Origin: Chrysomallon squamiferum
Taxonomy: Eukaryota; Animalia; Mollusca
Reading direction: 5' to 3'
Assembly (NCBI GenBank): GCA_012295275.1
Contig: CM022665.1
Span: forward strand, 34,100,001-34,164,000
DNA: 64,000 nucleotides
Of the stretch, positions 1 to 14,100 are shown piece by piece (position 1 is the first letter of the stretch; each line of letters opens with the position of its first letter). Under the pieces are notes generated by a model, which saw only the letters and a program-made list of their open reading frames with translations, was not told where the DNA came from and did not search any database. A program made the translations under genes and the position numbers.

Positions 1-298
1 AAAACCAGACAGTCATGGGACATAGAAAAAAGACCGGTTTGAGGGGTATCAGGGTTATAGAGATTTCAGTACATTTTTCAATTTTCAAATTATTTTAAGC
101 TTATCATTATTGTTCCAACATGTCCATAATATATACTATAATGAATTATTGTTCTCTATGTTTTCACCAGAACAAACCAAACAGTTTTATTCTTGGTTAT
201 TCTCTATTTTGTTAAATAAAATCTGCAAAGATAAAAAACAAAACAACAAAATAGGATCCTAACAATTGAAAAAAATTAATTGAATTCGTAGTTGCTTT

Positions 299-1361
299 GG
301 TGTCCTCCCAAAAGTCAGACATCCCATAACGCAGACGCATTAAAACAACACAAGACACAGCTGAGCACATTACTAATGACCTGCCATTTACCTTGAATAG
401 TACATATAATAAATAATGGAATAGTTCGATACAACTAAATACAGAACACAGAATAAAATTATATCTAATTAAATTTATTTATAGATTTTAACATGTCCAT
501 TTGTCGCATTTTTATCCTAATTTTAAATCCGGCATCATCATCTACCCTTGTAGAAACCACTTAATCATTTAATGTCTCCGCCTGTGCAACATCAGGTCCG
601 TTATCCATGGCTTCAAACCACGTATCTTGCTACGATTTGCTCATCTGTAGAAAACACAAGCATGTTATCTTCATTTCCATTGCTAAATAAAAGGTAGCGT
701 CTCCGTCATATTTCTTTGTACATGGTTCTTCTATGCTGACATCGGCTCTAGTCTGTGGTAGGGCAGTGGTGCACTTCCCAGTACACATTTTTGTCACACA
801 TCTCCAATGAACATTTTCCCTTCTGGTGCGATTCGTTGCAAATAGAAATCTGTGCAGTATTATTTGTTGTCTACTTTTTTGTGACTGAACAAATTCTACC
901 CTTCTAAGATCAGCCATGACTATAAAATTTTAGTCTGTTTTTGGTAGGTACATGTAGTTAATGTATAAGAACTTTTATATGTTATGTCTGTGATTGTCTA
1001 CAGTTTAAATGTAGATCAATGAAATACAAGACATTGGTCGTCAGAGACAACATTGTCTTACTGACGTGAAATGAACTGAATACGGATTGCAGTGGAGAAG
1101 CCCATGAACTAAACTCTAAACACAGGGACTTCATAAAACACAGATCTTTACATTTGTTAATTCTGTTTAGCAGATTACAGTTAAGTTCTCCTAGTAATTT
1201 GTGTGGAATTGGTAGATATAATAACAACAACAAGCAGTAGTATGCTGAACAGACTGGAGAGTACCACTAAAGCAGTCGGGGGTGTACATGACCCATTAAA
1301 AAGTTTTGTCTATCAAAAGGCATGTCTGCATTATGGGATGTCTGTCTTTTGGGAGGGAACC
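299..1361 (-). mobile_element. Internally deleted Mutator-like (MULE) DNA transposon with FLYWCH remnant
   Basis: ~40-bp TIRs: GGTGTCCTCCCAAAAGTCAGACATCCCATAACGCAGAC (from 299) vs reverse complement of GTCTGCATTATGGGATGTCTGTCTTTTGGGAGGGAACC (to 1361). Flanked by 8-9-bp near-duplication GTTGCTTT(G)/GCTGCTTT(G). ORF 630..917(-) has a FLYWCH-like motif (HWRCVTKMCTGKC), followed by a stop-broken MULE-like segment (DTWFEAMDNGPDVAQAETLND*VVST). Confidence 0.8.
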
Positions 1362-1830
1362 GCTGCTTTGCCATTCACTGTGGTAACTGTGAGACATACA
1401 CGAAGGCTATGAAAAAGAGCTCAGTCAAATCTGTATGTTAATCAGTAACAACTGAAGTTTGTAACAACTGAACTCAGAATGAAGGGAATATGTGTGTTTT
1501 TTCCAGTTACTTGAACATCAAAGGTTTTAATTAATCCCTTAATTGGTATTTGTCAACTGCACAACAGTGACACTTAATTAGTTTTGCATATTTCACATGT
1601 AAATTTGCATTAAAGGAATGCAGTGGAACTTGATACTTTTGTCTGATGCATTTTAGAGGGGTAAATTTTAGTGTTAAATATACCCAAATATAAAACATGG
1701 TTTTCAGGAGTTTCACTATATATATATATCTTTTAATTGTTATATTATTATTATTACCTATACCATCATCATTATCATTATTATTATCATCAGCATCATT
1801 ATTTGACAAAAAGAAATTTAAGAGAATTAC

Positions 1831-4390
1831 CTGGGGTCTGCACTTCTTCAGTGAACCATTGTGAACCAAATCGCGAAACAGAAGCCACTCGGAATTTAGG
1901 GTGAAGACACACATCAGTGAAATTTGATAAAATGAAGTAACTACTATCAGCCTATAGGAAGCATTGGATAAGAAAGGATCACTGGTACTTACATTAAACA
2001 AAACAAAACAAAAATCATAAATCTAAGCTTAATTTTTTATTTATTTTTATTTTTTATTATTACCTTTCAACAAGTTATTACTTGTATAAAAGAGATTTAA
2101 CCAATGAAAATGAAAAAAATTGTTAGCTCTGAGATTAAATGATATATATATCTCATAACATCCAAATATGTAATCATTAGAGTAAATAGGAGAAATTTAG
2201 AGAGGTATATGCAAATATTATATACCAATTGTAGGTGTGTGTTTAGAGGGTATGTCTGCATGTATATGTGTGTGGGTGTATTTTTCTATGTGGATTTGTC
2301 TCCATATATATATATATAAACAAAAATACAAAATGAAATAGAAAGCAAAAAAAAAACTACAAAAAAACAAACAAAAAAAAATTAATAAAAGCTCACTGCT
2401 GTAAATGTAAAATAAAAATAAAAAGTAAATTTTTGCATACCCAGCCAAGCGTTACCCAGTTTGATTTGTTTTTTTGTTTCAGCTGCATGGCAGGTCCATC
2501 TTTAACCAGTGTAGTTAATGCAGGCTGGTCCCACTGCAGAACATAGATAATTTTATACTTTGATGGGATCTTTGTCCACCTAATTATCACTTTCTTCTTC
2601 AACAGGTCATGTTCAACATTTATTTTTGGTTTTTGTGGAATGTAGCCTAAAATAAAAGAGTGAAAAAGCATGTTTTAATATTTAACAAGAATTAGGAATG
2701 AAGGAAATGAATTTAATGACATACTCAACACATTTTATTTAAAATTATGTGGCTTTTCAGTTTATATGAAATACATTTAAAAAATTCTCAGTTTGTTTAA
2801 TGAGACATTAACTCATTAATTCATAATGAACTGTGAGAGAAGAAACATACTGTTAATCAGTTTCTTGTATCAGTCAGCAGTAAGAGGTTTTTTATGCAAA
2901 CCTTCCCAGAGATAGAAAATCGTATAACACAGCCTATTATTACCACCAACTTAAAAGGTGTTCTGAGAAGGACTGACCAAATTTAACTCAGCCAAACACT
3001 CCATGAAAAAAAACAAAAAAACATTTACATATAGTAGAATCAAGACTGATTTACAGGAATATTTTTAATTTATATGAGTTATTAGGAAAGATAAAAAACA
3101 CTTGCCATGACTGTAATTTTCTAGTTTAGTACAGTACCCTTGATTCATACAGTTTCCTCCATACTGTGTAACAAAAAAAACACACATTAATTTTAAAAAC
3201 TTAAATAATTCTGTATTATATTTTTATAGCATATTTTTATAGAATAAAGATTTATAAAGATAAAAATATTTAATATAATTATTAGTATCAGTGATATATT
3301 TTTATATATATATTAACTCATCATATTATTACTATTACTACTACTACTACTGTTACCATCATCATAATCATTAACATTACCATCATCTTTATAATCACTG
3401 TCATCATCATTATTACTGATATCCTGAATTTTAATATATGAAGACTAATAAAATTCCATGAAGTATTTTCATATGCACTTTCCCAGTGATAATAAACTTA
3501 ACAAATTATTGTATAATAAACTTAACAAACTATTGTAAATAATATTGTCTTGGATACATAATTCCCCACTTTGTTTTTGAAAGAAAATTGTATTAGTATA
3601 TTTTTCAGGGAGAATATGGTTAATGGTAATTCACTGATTGTCAGCAAGAACTTGTTCTTTCCAGCCCCAAAAAATCAGTGACTTTATAGTCAGACTAGAC
3701 CCATCACAAATATGCTTGAGCATTACCTGATTATAGGCTCATTAACAGAACACTGATATAATGATTTTGCTACTGAGACTACTGAAACACACTGAACAAT
3801 CATGTTTCCATATATATTTGAACATTAACTGGATGTAGGTATATTAGTAGTATCTTGGTGTGATAACTTTGCTTAAGAAATCATATAGACTTACTGAGCA
3901 ATTAAGTTTCCATGTGTATGTTTCATAATCATCTCCACAAACTTTGTTACATAACTGAAAATAAAAAATATATAGTTTAACTATTCAACCTAAAATAAAA
4001 TGTTATGCAAGTTAAGGTGGATATAAATTTCTGAGTCAAAAAATGAGTATATTTTTAGAAGACCCTTAAAAGTTTTTAAATGCTAAACATAATTTTTAAA
4101 ATACTTACAAATCTGAATGTGAAAAACAATAATTACAAATTAAAGCATATTAATGATGCAACCTTGTTTTAAATATCTTTTTTAATAAATAGGCTTATAA
4201 ATTATAAGATTTCATGTCCAGTATTTTTTTTACAACTTACTTGTCCAATCTCCAGACACAACATTTCACACTGGGCATCACACATACTCTTCACAGATGG
4301 CAACTCATCAGGGTTTAGAAACAGTCTTAATGACACAGTGATCCCATACACCATCACAAACACAGCAATGACAACAGCTCTGTACATCAT
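1831..4390 (-). CDS. Secreted or receptor-type protein with signal peptide, Cys-rich region and fibronectin type III-like repeat (5' part only; continues leftward)
   Basis: Phase-consistent exons 4241-4390, 3895-3954, 3106-3163 (GC donor), 2441-2646 and 1831-1951. Translation: MMYRAVVIAVFVMVYGITVS...CDAQCEMLCLEIGQ|LCNKVCGDDYETYTWKLNCS|YGGNCMNQGYCTKLENYSHG|YIPQKPKINV...IIRWTKIPSKYKIIYVLQW...|ADSSYFILSNFTDVCLHPKFRVASVSRFGSQWFTEEVQTP. Downstream exons were not found in 1-1830. Confidence 0.72.
2695..2950 (-). mobile_element. Degenerate SINE-like interspersed repeat (intronic)
   Basis: AAGGAAATGAATTTAATGACATACTCAACACATTTTATTT...CAGCAGTAAGAGGTTTTTTATGCAAACCTTCCCAGAGATAG. Related in opposite orientation to 44080-44330 and resembles gastropod SINE tails as I recall them. 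Confidence 0.45.
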
Positions 4391-5964
4391 TGTGACACCT
4401 TATGACATCCACAGTCTTCAATACTAAACTTGTTTTCATCTGCCCACACAGATAGGTACAAAACTAATCAGGTGTGTTCTTATCAATTCCAACAACCATA
4501 ATTATAAATAAAACATTTTAAAATATAATTTTCACATAATGCTCCAGTATATATCTTAAACATCTGTCTACAAACTATAATAGCCAGAACATTTTTCAAA
4601 CAGAATATTTCTCATATAACTATTGTGTGTGTTGGATTAATATAGAAAAATGAAATCCTAAAAGGTATATTTTTTTTAAATTTTTTATTTTTTAGCTCCA
4701 TACAAAAGATAAGAGACAAGAGACCATATGGTCATTTCTCATCAACAACCATATCTGAGAATTCAAGGAGGTTTTGATAACCTCAGTTGTCCACTGTGTC
4801 AGTTTGATAGCTGGAAATACTGTCACAAGAGTTGCTGATTAAATGTGATATTGTTTTTAACAAGTAGTTTTGCTGTTAAGTTTCATGAAAACTTTTATAT
4901 TGGTTGAAGTCAAGAGTTCTGACGCACAACATTGACAACCACACCATAGCTAATGTCTGTATATCTTATCAGTAATGTATTTAATAAAACAAGTAATAAT
5001 ACTGGTGATGATTATATTTGATGATGATGATAAAACTGGAGATTAGCTGCAAAAATTTTAAATGAAGTAACTTATATATCAATAATGCACTCCTGATCTT
5101 TAATCTGTGGTAATATGGCAGAGATTAATCAAGAAGGAAATACTTGAAACAATGACTGAATATTTAATAATACCTCAACAGATTTTAATTATTTTAGTAA
5201 AAACTGCTGTTGTTTCAAATGACCAGATATCTTTAATAAAGTAACAAAAACAACAATAATAATAATAATGAAACAAATAAAATTAAAAATTAATAAAAAT
5301 TAAAATAACAATAACACTAAAAATATTATAAACAAGTAGTAATGCTAATGAGAAATATCCATGTTCAAAAAAAGAAGGAAAAAGCTAATAATAATAATAA
5401 TTAAATTATAGTAAGATATTTCATCTTTCAGATTAAAAATTATAATACACAGTGTATGTGTATCTCTGCATTTTGTTTCAGATATTTTATCTCAGTTAGT
5501 GACTGACTTGTGCCAGTGAACCAGTGTGAGGTATTTGAAGAGATAATGTATTGCGTATGTGCCAGTTAATCTGTAAATATTTAGGACAGTAAATGTTTTT
5601 GATATCTCCAAAGAAAAATCATAAATACAAACATGGTTGTTATTTAATATTGGCTAAAATAATATATCCAGTTACTCCAGTTGAAAACATAAAGGTATAT
5701 ATGAAGATTTTTGAAAAGTGTTAATTATATAGACATTCCCACATACATGTGCACACACATATACACAAACCAAGTATACAAATGATTAAGAAACACACAT
5801 TAATATGCATATGCAGAGAGAAACAAATCAACACATTTATATTCCATTTCATTCTTTAATTCAACAAGGCTATACAAGATAATGGCAATATTTTCACACT
5901 GAATTTTCTGCTTGTATATCGTCCTTGTTTTCATAAACTGTGTATCCCACTTTGTTTTTCTTGA

Positions 5965-6472
5965 CAGTGAAGTTCCCAAAATCAGTATTCTTAAACCCAG
6001 AATAGAGCAAATCCCATATCTGACAACAGTCCCACTACCTACCCACTGCCACAGTATCTTCATACCAAATTTACAAAGTGCTTCTGGCTGTGCTGTGCAG
6101 ATTCATGTATGTTGCTCTTTTTTTTCTTCTTTTTCTTGACATTTGGTGAAATTGTTATACTGTTTTGCTCTGAAAATATGTACCACCACAACCAAACACC
6201 CAGGATCACCTCTTAATGACACCGAAGAAAAGGAAGAATACAATGTTGTGTATAACAGAAAAAATAGATGTTTTGGAGAAGTTAGACTCAGGATCATCAA
6301 TGCACACATACTGTGTGAACTGTTTGGTGCTTGCTCTTCAACTGTATTTCACTTTGAGGCATGCACAGCATTCAGTTTACATGTACAATATATTAACATT
6401 CCAAAGTTAGCAAATTCTGTTAATCAACATGGCACTTGTCCCAGCTATGCTCTGTTTAGGAACTTCAATCTG
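5965..6472 (+). mobile_element. Tigger/pogo-like non-autonomous element with N-terminal HTH remnant
   Basis: Imperfect TIRs CAGTGAAGTTCCCAAA / TTTAGGAACTTCAATCTG(TA). Internal peptide PKKRKNTMLCITEKIDVLEKLDSGSS (ORF from 6216) resembles Tigger/CENP-B HTH N-termini. Confidence 0.6.
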
Positions 6473-8120
6473 TATTTAGTTTCTCACACTATATATCTTC
6501 AGATCAGCTCTTTATGTTTATTATTTTGGGCTAGTTAAGTACCAACATATATTATTTTCTCAATGAAATTCTTCACTTGTTAAACTTCATTTATAGAGAA
6601 TGAGAAAAAAAAATGTGATAAGTTGGTTCCTCAAAACAAGGAAGATATATTAAACAGCAACACAAGCTGTGTTTTGAGTATTCCTCACATAAATAAATAT
6701 CTATTTATACATATATAATATGTATTTCAGATATCATTAATCTACCCTGGCTGAATGAGACAAAAAGAAGGGAGGAAAAAGACATTTAAAAATATGAAAA
6801 TATAATGTGAAAATGCACCAAATAATGGTTATTGCCAGAAAAATCACAATTAATCATTGTTATAATACAAACTTGAAAAATATTCTTTATTTTAAAATAT
6901 AAAAACAGATATGCAAAGCTTCAATTTTTATGCAGACCATTTTATTTTTGTTTTCTTTTTTTTATGGTTCCTACCAAAAAGTTCTATATATCCAAAGTCT
7001 TGAATAAATATGTAAAAACGCATCATCATTTGGATGTTTGTGTGTGAATGTATTTAAGTGTGTGTGTGTGTGTAACCATATCTGTTCGTATTCACATCCA
7101 AGCTTCCAGGTTTTTTACCATAACACCCAAAAACACACCTTTTTTTATTTTTAAAAATGTTTTCAATTGCAACTTCCACCAACTGAACAGTTTGTGGCTC
7201 CATGAAGCATCACCATGGACATGGCAATATTCATTTGTGGAATAAGGTCAGTACTATGTTAATTAATTAGCATCTCTGTTGTATTAAATTTTAAACTAGA
7301 AATACCTCAACAAGACAGAATTAAAAAAACATAAAAAGCAGCAGCATAGATCAGCAGCTGTAAAATGCACAAAGCTGTCAACTGTATTTTATATGTACAA
7401 GTGATTCAAATAAACATCTTAAATTAATTTACATTGGTGTTCCTCCAACTTGCCTTGGTGCCGTAACATTTGTGATTAAATTCAAGGACACAATTGTCAT
7501 ACCTAAAAAAAAATTGTATCTGTTTTGTTATTCAAGTTCTATATTAAAATATTTAAAAATAAAAATTATTTTTCATAAATCCTGGTTGTAAATGTTAACA
7601 GTAAAATGATCACAGCCACTCTTTTCCACCTCATTTTGTTTAGCTACAGTTACTTTTTTAATTTATGAAGGGTTGAAAGATGAAAGATGACTGGACAGTA
7701 GATATTTAATGGTGGAACAGTATAAGAAAACATTTCTTTCACTCTAAAAATCCAAATAAATAAATGAAATACAAATATCATGTTTTTAACTGATTTTCAA
7801 CTGTTAAGAAAATATGATACAAATCAAAATTTACAATGGAAAGTAATGAATTCCACCCCCAAAACTTTTATTTTGCGAGTAAGATATTTATATAAATTAA
7901 AGAGACATCGGATAATGAAAATGCTTTTAACATTAATAAATTATATCAAAACCACAATTCCAAAACATCATTAATCTCACATAGAAAATTAAGAAATAGC
8001 CAAGCAATGTTTGACTTTTAAAATTAATGATTGTCCCCTCTTTATAAGGCAATTCAGTCAAGTCTTGTTTTTCATGCTCCAGTTAACTGTTGAAAGAATT
8101 TTGGTATCTTCATGAAGTTC

Positions 8121-11100
8121 TTACTTCCTGTTTTTCTTATGTCCCTGAAAACAAACATTACATAATAATATTACTTACATGTTCATGCCCACATAAAATA
8201 TTCCACTGTAAATATTTAAATTCATTTAATATTTTATAGTGAAACAATTAAGTTAACTATTTTATCACATCTTATCATCTTTCTTTTTCAAAATACATTT
8301 TTTCTTATCTTTCTTTTTCTTGTTGTCTTGCAACCTAGTTATCTATTCAATTATCTATCCTGTTTTCTTTCCCTCTTTCACTCGCATGTTCTATTTATCT
8401 ATCCTGTTGTCTTTTCCTCTTTCTCTCTTGCTATAGCAATCTATCTTTTTTCTCTAACAAACCTTATTCTAATGATCTATTCTGTTGTGTCCCTCTTTCT
8501 TGTTCTAGTTATCTGTCATGTTTTCACCCTCTTTCTCTTTTTCTCTCATTATAATTCTCTTTCCCTCTCTATTCATTCTCTAATATTTCTTCCCATTGGT
8601 CTCTTTCTTTCATTTTTTCTCACAAGATGTATCACTCGCATAACATTTAAAGATTAAAATTACCTTAGCTGATACAGTCTGAAGCTGCAACTTTAAATCA
8701 TCAATCTCATCTTTCTGTTGTGTGAGTTTTTCATTCATTCCAGCCAGATGGTCACTCATCATACTAAGCTGTCCCTCATAACTTCGACTAGTAGTCTGCA
8801 GTTCATCCTAGCAACAAATACAGTAAATATTACTTATAACTAATACTTCTGTTGTTGTTTGCAGTTCAAACCAGCAAATATTCAGTAAATATTTCTAGTA
8901 TTATCACTACATAAACTGTTTTTAGAATCTTTAACAACAACAGTATGTATAAACAAAAACAAAAATGTATAAAACTGTAAGAAAGAATATCAAATGTATA
9001 AAGAAGTAAATTCTCTTTTCAGTGGAAATTATATATTAAAATTTGAAATGAAAATATTAATAACAAACTACCACCATATAATTACATGCAATTAATATAC
9101 TTTTTTTTAATTGTTCTTTGTTTTTCCACATTTTTTTTGTTGTTGTTGTTGTTTATTCAGAAATAACATTTGAATGAAATCTTAATACAAATGAAATAAA
9201 ATCTCTGAAATAAATATATTAAACCTTCAGCTGGGCTAGAGACTGATTGGATATCTTCAGTTCTTCTAGGGCAGCACATTTAGATTTCTGGGCTAACTGT
9301 AATTGTTTGTGTAGTGCTCTCACCTGTTTAAACAAATACCATACACTGCTTACATTTCATAAAACTGGTAAAAAAAAAAAAAATGTATATATATATATAA
9401 ATATAAATATATATAGGCACACCCGAGCATGTACACACACACGCACACTTTTCTTTACCAGGTAAAGTAAGTGTCTCAAAATACATCTATTTGTAAGGAC
9501 AGCAGAATCTGAGAATAAGGTAAAAATTCAAAACAAAGCTGGATATGAATTATATATATCCAGTAATAGCAACAGTTTTCTGTAGTAAGATTAGTACCTA
9601 CAGAATATTTGCCTATGCTAGCAGCAATATTTTGAACACTAAAATGAATTTACAATACACTACAAAATGTACAATTTGAACTCAATTTCTTATAAAATGA
9701 ATTGAACCCTGACATAAATATATTAATTCTGCCACTATTACATTGATACCAACATAACAAAAACATGAAATTCTGAACAGTGTAACTTATCAATACTGTA
9801 GTACCTGTATTAGCCTTATATGAAATTATCAACGGTGTAACTTGTCAGTACTGTTGTAACTTATCAATACTATAGTACCTGTATTAGCTTTATAAGAAAT
9901 TCTGAACTATAACTTATCAAAACTGTACTACCTGTATTAGCTTTAAATTATATATACTGTACATATTACATGAAATCCTGAATAATCCAATTTATCAACA
10001 CTGTAGTGTTGGTAAAAATACAACAACATGCTATTCTGATCAAAATTTATACACACTTCAGCATGGAAGTTGACACATTTGCTGTCGAGAGCCTGAAGCT
10101 GCAGGGAAAGATCAGTGATACGAGTTGTGTAATGATTTTTAATAAGCTGCTCTCGAGTTTCTGAATCACTACTTTCTGACTGGTTGTCCAAACTGCCAAG
10201 CTGAAACATTTCATAAAAATATATCAACTGTTTGGTAATTCAAACATATTTAAAACTGATTGATGGACTTGATTATCTAGCTAATCATAAAAAAAAAAGC
10301 ATTTAATTTGTTTCATAGGCAACATATGAACTGCAGACACTTGTTCAAGAGCTAAAACCATCAAGTATTTAAATAAACAAATCTATTCAAAAAAAAAATA
10401 ATAATAATAATTATTGTCTTAAATATGAAATTGGACTAGAATAAAAACTAAAATATTTAAGACATATTATTGGAAGTAACTACATCTTAAATCAGTAAAA
10501 CCTTGGATATTATGTTTGAAAGAAAAAGAAACAACATTTCAATTAATTTTCAATCTTTCTTAATTTGATTAGAACAGCAAAAGGATATATTTTAATTTTA
10601 AATTTAAATTAGATCTCTAATAAATTTAAATTGAATTTTGTTAGTTATTAGACAGCTATTAGAGTATATTTATGTACAAAATGTGTAAAATGAGTTAGAG
10701 TACCAATAGCAAAATTTTAATATATTTTTACCATTGTTGTTTCAACTGATGATGAGGATGCTGCTGCTGCTGCTGCTGCTGTTGTTGTTGTTGTTTTTGT
10801 TGTTGCTGTTGCTGTTGATGTTGATGCTGATGCTGACATGTCCATGTTATCCTCAATGGAGTCTTCACGATGTACAGTATTCTGTAATCTGTCAATTTCT
10901 TGTTGTTGTTGTTTTGTTTTCTAGGATTTAAAAAAAATATGAAATATATATTAAATGGAAGGAAAATAAATGTAGAAAATATTTCTCGCAAACTGTAAGA
11001 AGTTATCTCAGTCTGATGTAGCAAAACAGGAATTCAGATAGTTATATGCTTCATACACCATTTTTAACTCCTCATCTAATTAATCTAAAACTGAGCAATA

Positions 11101-14100
11101 ATCTTTTTCATTATTTTCTCCAAATTATATTACTCTGCTTAAATTTACTACGTAATGATTTAGTTTTAAAAATGGTAAACTCATAATGGTACTTACAGTT
11201 AACTCATTCTCATATTTAATTTTAAGTAATTGTAGTTCCAGCATCCAGTGCTCTTTTTCTTGTTCCAATTTGTTAACTCGCTGTTGGAAAACATGAATCT
11301 GGAAAACAAATAAATTTACTTAGCAAAATAAAAATGAAAATGAATTAATTTATTTATTTATTCCAAATTATGGATCATACTTATCAACCAGTACCTACAT
11401 GAAATAAAAACACTGCATGGTCAATCTTAGCAGAGAGACATATCACTAAATACCAAAAATATTACATTTATGTTGCTAGCATTCTTGGATTCTGCATAGC
11501 ACAGTTGTTTCTTAAACATAGAAAAAAAAGAGAAAAAATATTATTTTTCTTGTTAAAGGTGTGGTAAATCCCAATCTTTTTTAGCATTAGAAAAAACCCA
11601 ACAAAAAACCAACAACAAAAAACAACACTTTTATAAAGTTTTTCCACTGTTTAATTCAATAATATTTAAATTAAATACAAAGATAAAAGCTGATCTATTT
11701 TCATTTGGACAATACTGATATTAATTGTATGAGGAACCATATATTGATTGAAGCTAAAAAAACACATTGTTAGTATAATCTGATGTCATATTATTTGATA
11801 TTTATGTGATATTGTAAGACAATGATTCAAGGCTCACCACCCTTGACATTGCATATGATCTGAGGGGTAATAATAAACAAAAATCATATATATAATAAAT
11901 AAAAGATTAAACCTGATGTGTCAAGCCTTGTTTGTTCTCAGTAGAACTAAGAAGAGTTTTCCTGTTCTGAACAGCCACTTTGTGTGGGACTGATTCTGGA
12001 CATGGCTGTAACGTAAGAAAAATATATTTGAATTATAAATAAAACATGTACATGCATATGCACATGTGATACCAGAATATAGAGACTGTATATGTTGAGT
12101 GATATATTATGAAGTACATAAACCCATATATTTGGCTTGAATAATGAATAGTAAAATAAATATTTTTAAATCTCTTTGATCTATTAGGATATTAGTTTGC
12201 ACACAAACACACACATGCATATTGCATACATACATATGTATGTGTGTGTGTGTGTGTGTGTAATTATTATTATTATTATGGTTATTATTATTTTAGCTCA
12301 CAGAAATTATCTTATTATTTCATAACAAAAATTAATTTCTGATCTTATGAAACTCAAAACAAATTTCTTACAACTGCCTACTGATAATAAAACTTAAAAA
12401 ATGCATTGAAATTTTCTCATGAAGATTTTAATGAAAAATGTCACACCATATGAAATTCATTGGAATATCCTTATAAACTTCAGACCTTTAGAAAACTTGT
12501 TAAGATTATCTTACCCTTGCAAGAGAGGACAAGTATCTGGAGGACCGGGCTTTGAAATTCACTACAGCAGGATGAGAACGAGGTCCTCCATCTACAATTT
12601 CAATGCCAACACTGCTTCCTCGGGTGCGATAACCAGCTGTCTCACTGAAGAAGTCCAGGTTACCAGACATGAATGCTGAAATCTGGAGACATTTTTTTAA
12701 ATACCATAAATGCAAACTGAATTTGTTTTTATAAAATTTAACAAAAATCATGTGATATTCTACTTTTCTAAAATTTTTATTGTCACTAATATTATCTGAT
12801 TAACATTATCCATCTGTGAAATAAATGGCTAATAATTTGCTTAACACCATTTCTGAGCATATATGTTTATATCTGTCTGTGTGTGTAGCATCTGAAATAA
12901 TGAGAGTCCTTCTATAATTTTTTTTTAAGTAATAATATTTGTTATAATTAATTTTACAAATAAACTGACCTGATGTAACTATATTTTAAATATATTGAAT
13001 ATTATAACTCACCTTCCCAGTGTTAGTAACCAAGGAAACTAATGATGCTACAACGCATTCATCAGTTGTTTTTAACTTCTGTGTCGCTGTAGGCAACTGA
13101 TGTTCCAAAGATACCTTAGAATTATAATGCTTAGAAACTTCTGCAAGAAAAGAAAAAGTGTGTGTGTATGTATGTATGTATGTATGTATGTATGTATGTA
13201 TCTATCTATACAATGAGGTGCAACAAGAAAAATATTTGAGAGAAATGAAATTTGATTTGTGTTTTTCTGTATTACTTAATTTTAAGTCATTAAAAAAAAA
13301 TAATAATCATAAAAACAATAATAATCATACCATCATCTTATATAATAATCTATTATGTAATAAATTAAACTTTGTTCTGAGTTTGTTGTTGTTAATTATT
13401 ATTTTATATATATATATATATATATACATACACACACACATACATACACAGTAACACACACACACACACATATATGACACAGTTTTAAATTTGTTCTGTT
13501 TGTTGTTTTATTTAGAAACAGGTGTCTTTTTTTCATCTTTTTAAAAAAACATTCTAATGTTCTTGTTTTTTCATTGTCATCATGGTTGTTACAAATAACA
13601 AATTTTGTTAATTTTGGAAAAAAAAGTTTCAATGATCTTACCTTTGATAGCATCATGCAGATCATTGAGAAATTTACAAAGCTGACTGAAAAACTTCACA
13701 TGACTTAAATGTGGATGAGGAACAAAACCAGCTTTACCTAAAGTTAAAACATATTATAAATATATTGTGTAAAAGATAAAAATAACAAAATTATAATATT
13801 TTAAATGAAAATAATTACTAATCAGTACATTTTACTTGCATAATGAATTATGAATAAAAGAAAAAGAAAAAGAATTTATTCATTAAATTTAAAATTATAA
13901 AACAAATTACCCTTTTTTTTTCTTTTTGACTGTAATCATATGTGTATGAATGAATGAACATTTGGTTACACCAAACCCATAAAAGTAAATCAGCTATTAG
14001 AAGTCATTTAGAGGTAAACATAGAAATATAATCAATACATTTAATAATCCCTGTGCACAAAATCATTAGATGTAAGTCTTATACATTTAACTATATGAAT

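Noticed and set aside
1-110. Possible next exon of the FN3-like gene at the window edge
   Set aside because: No clear acceptor or phase-compatible open frame could be established.
10728-11024. PolyQ ORF (minus) and polyL ORF (plus)
   Set aside because: Alternative frames of a triplet repeat; the splice-consistent frame is the Ser/Thr/Ala PPP1R21 exon.
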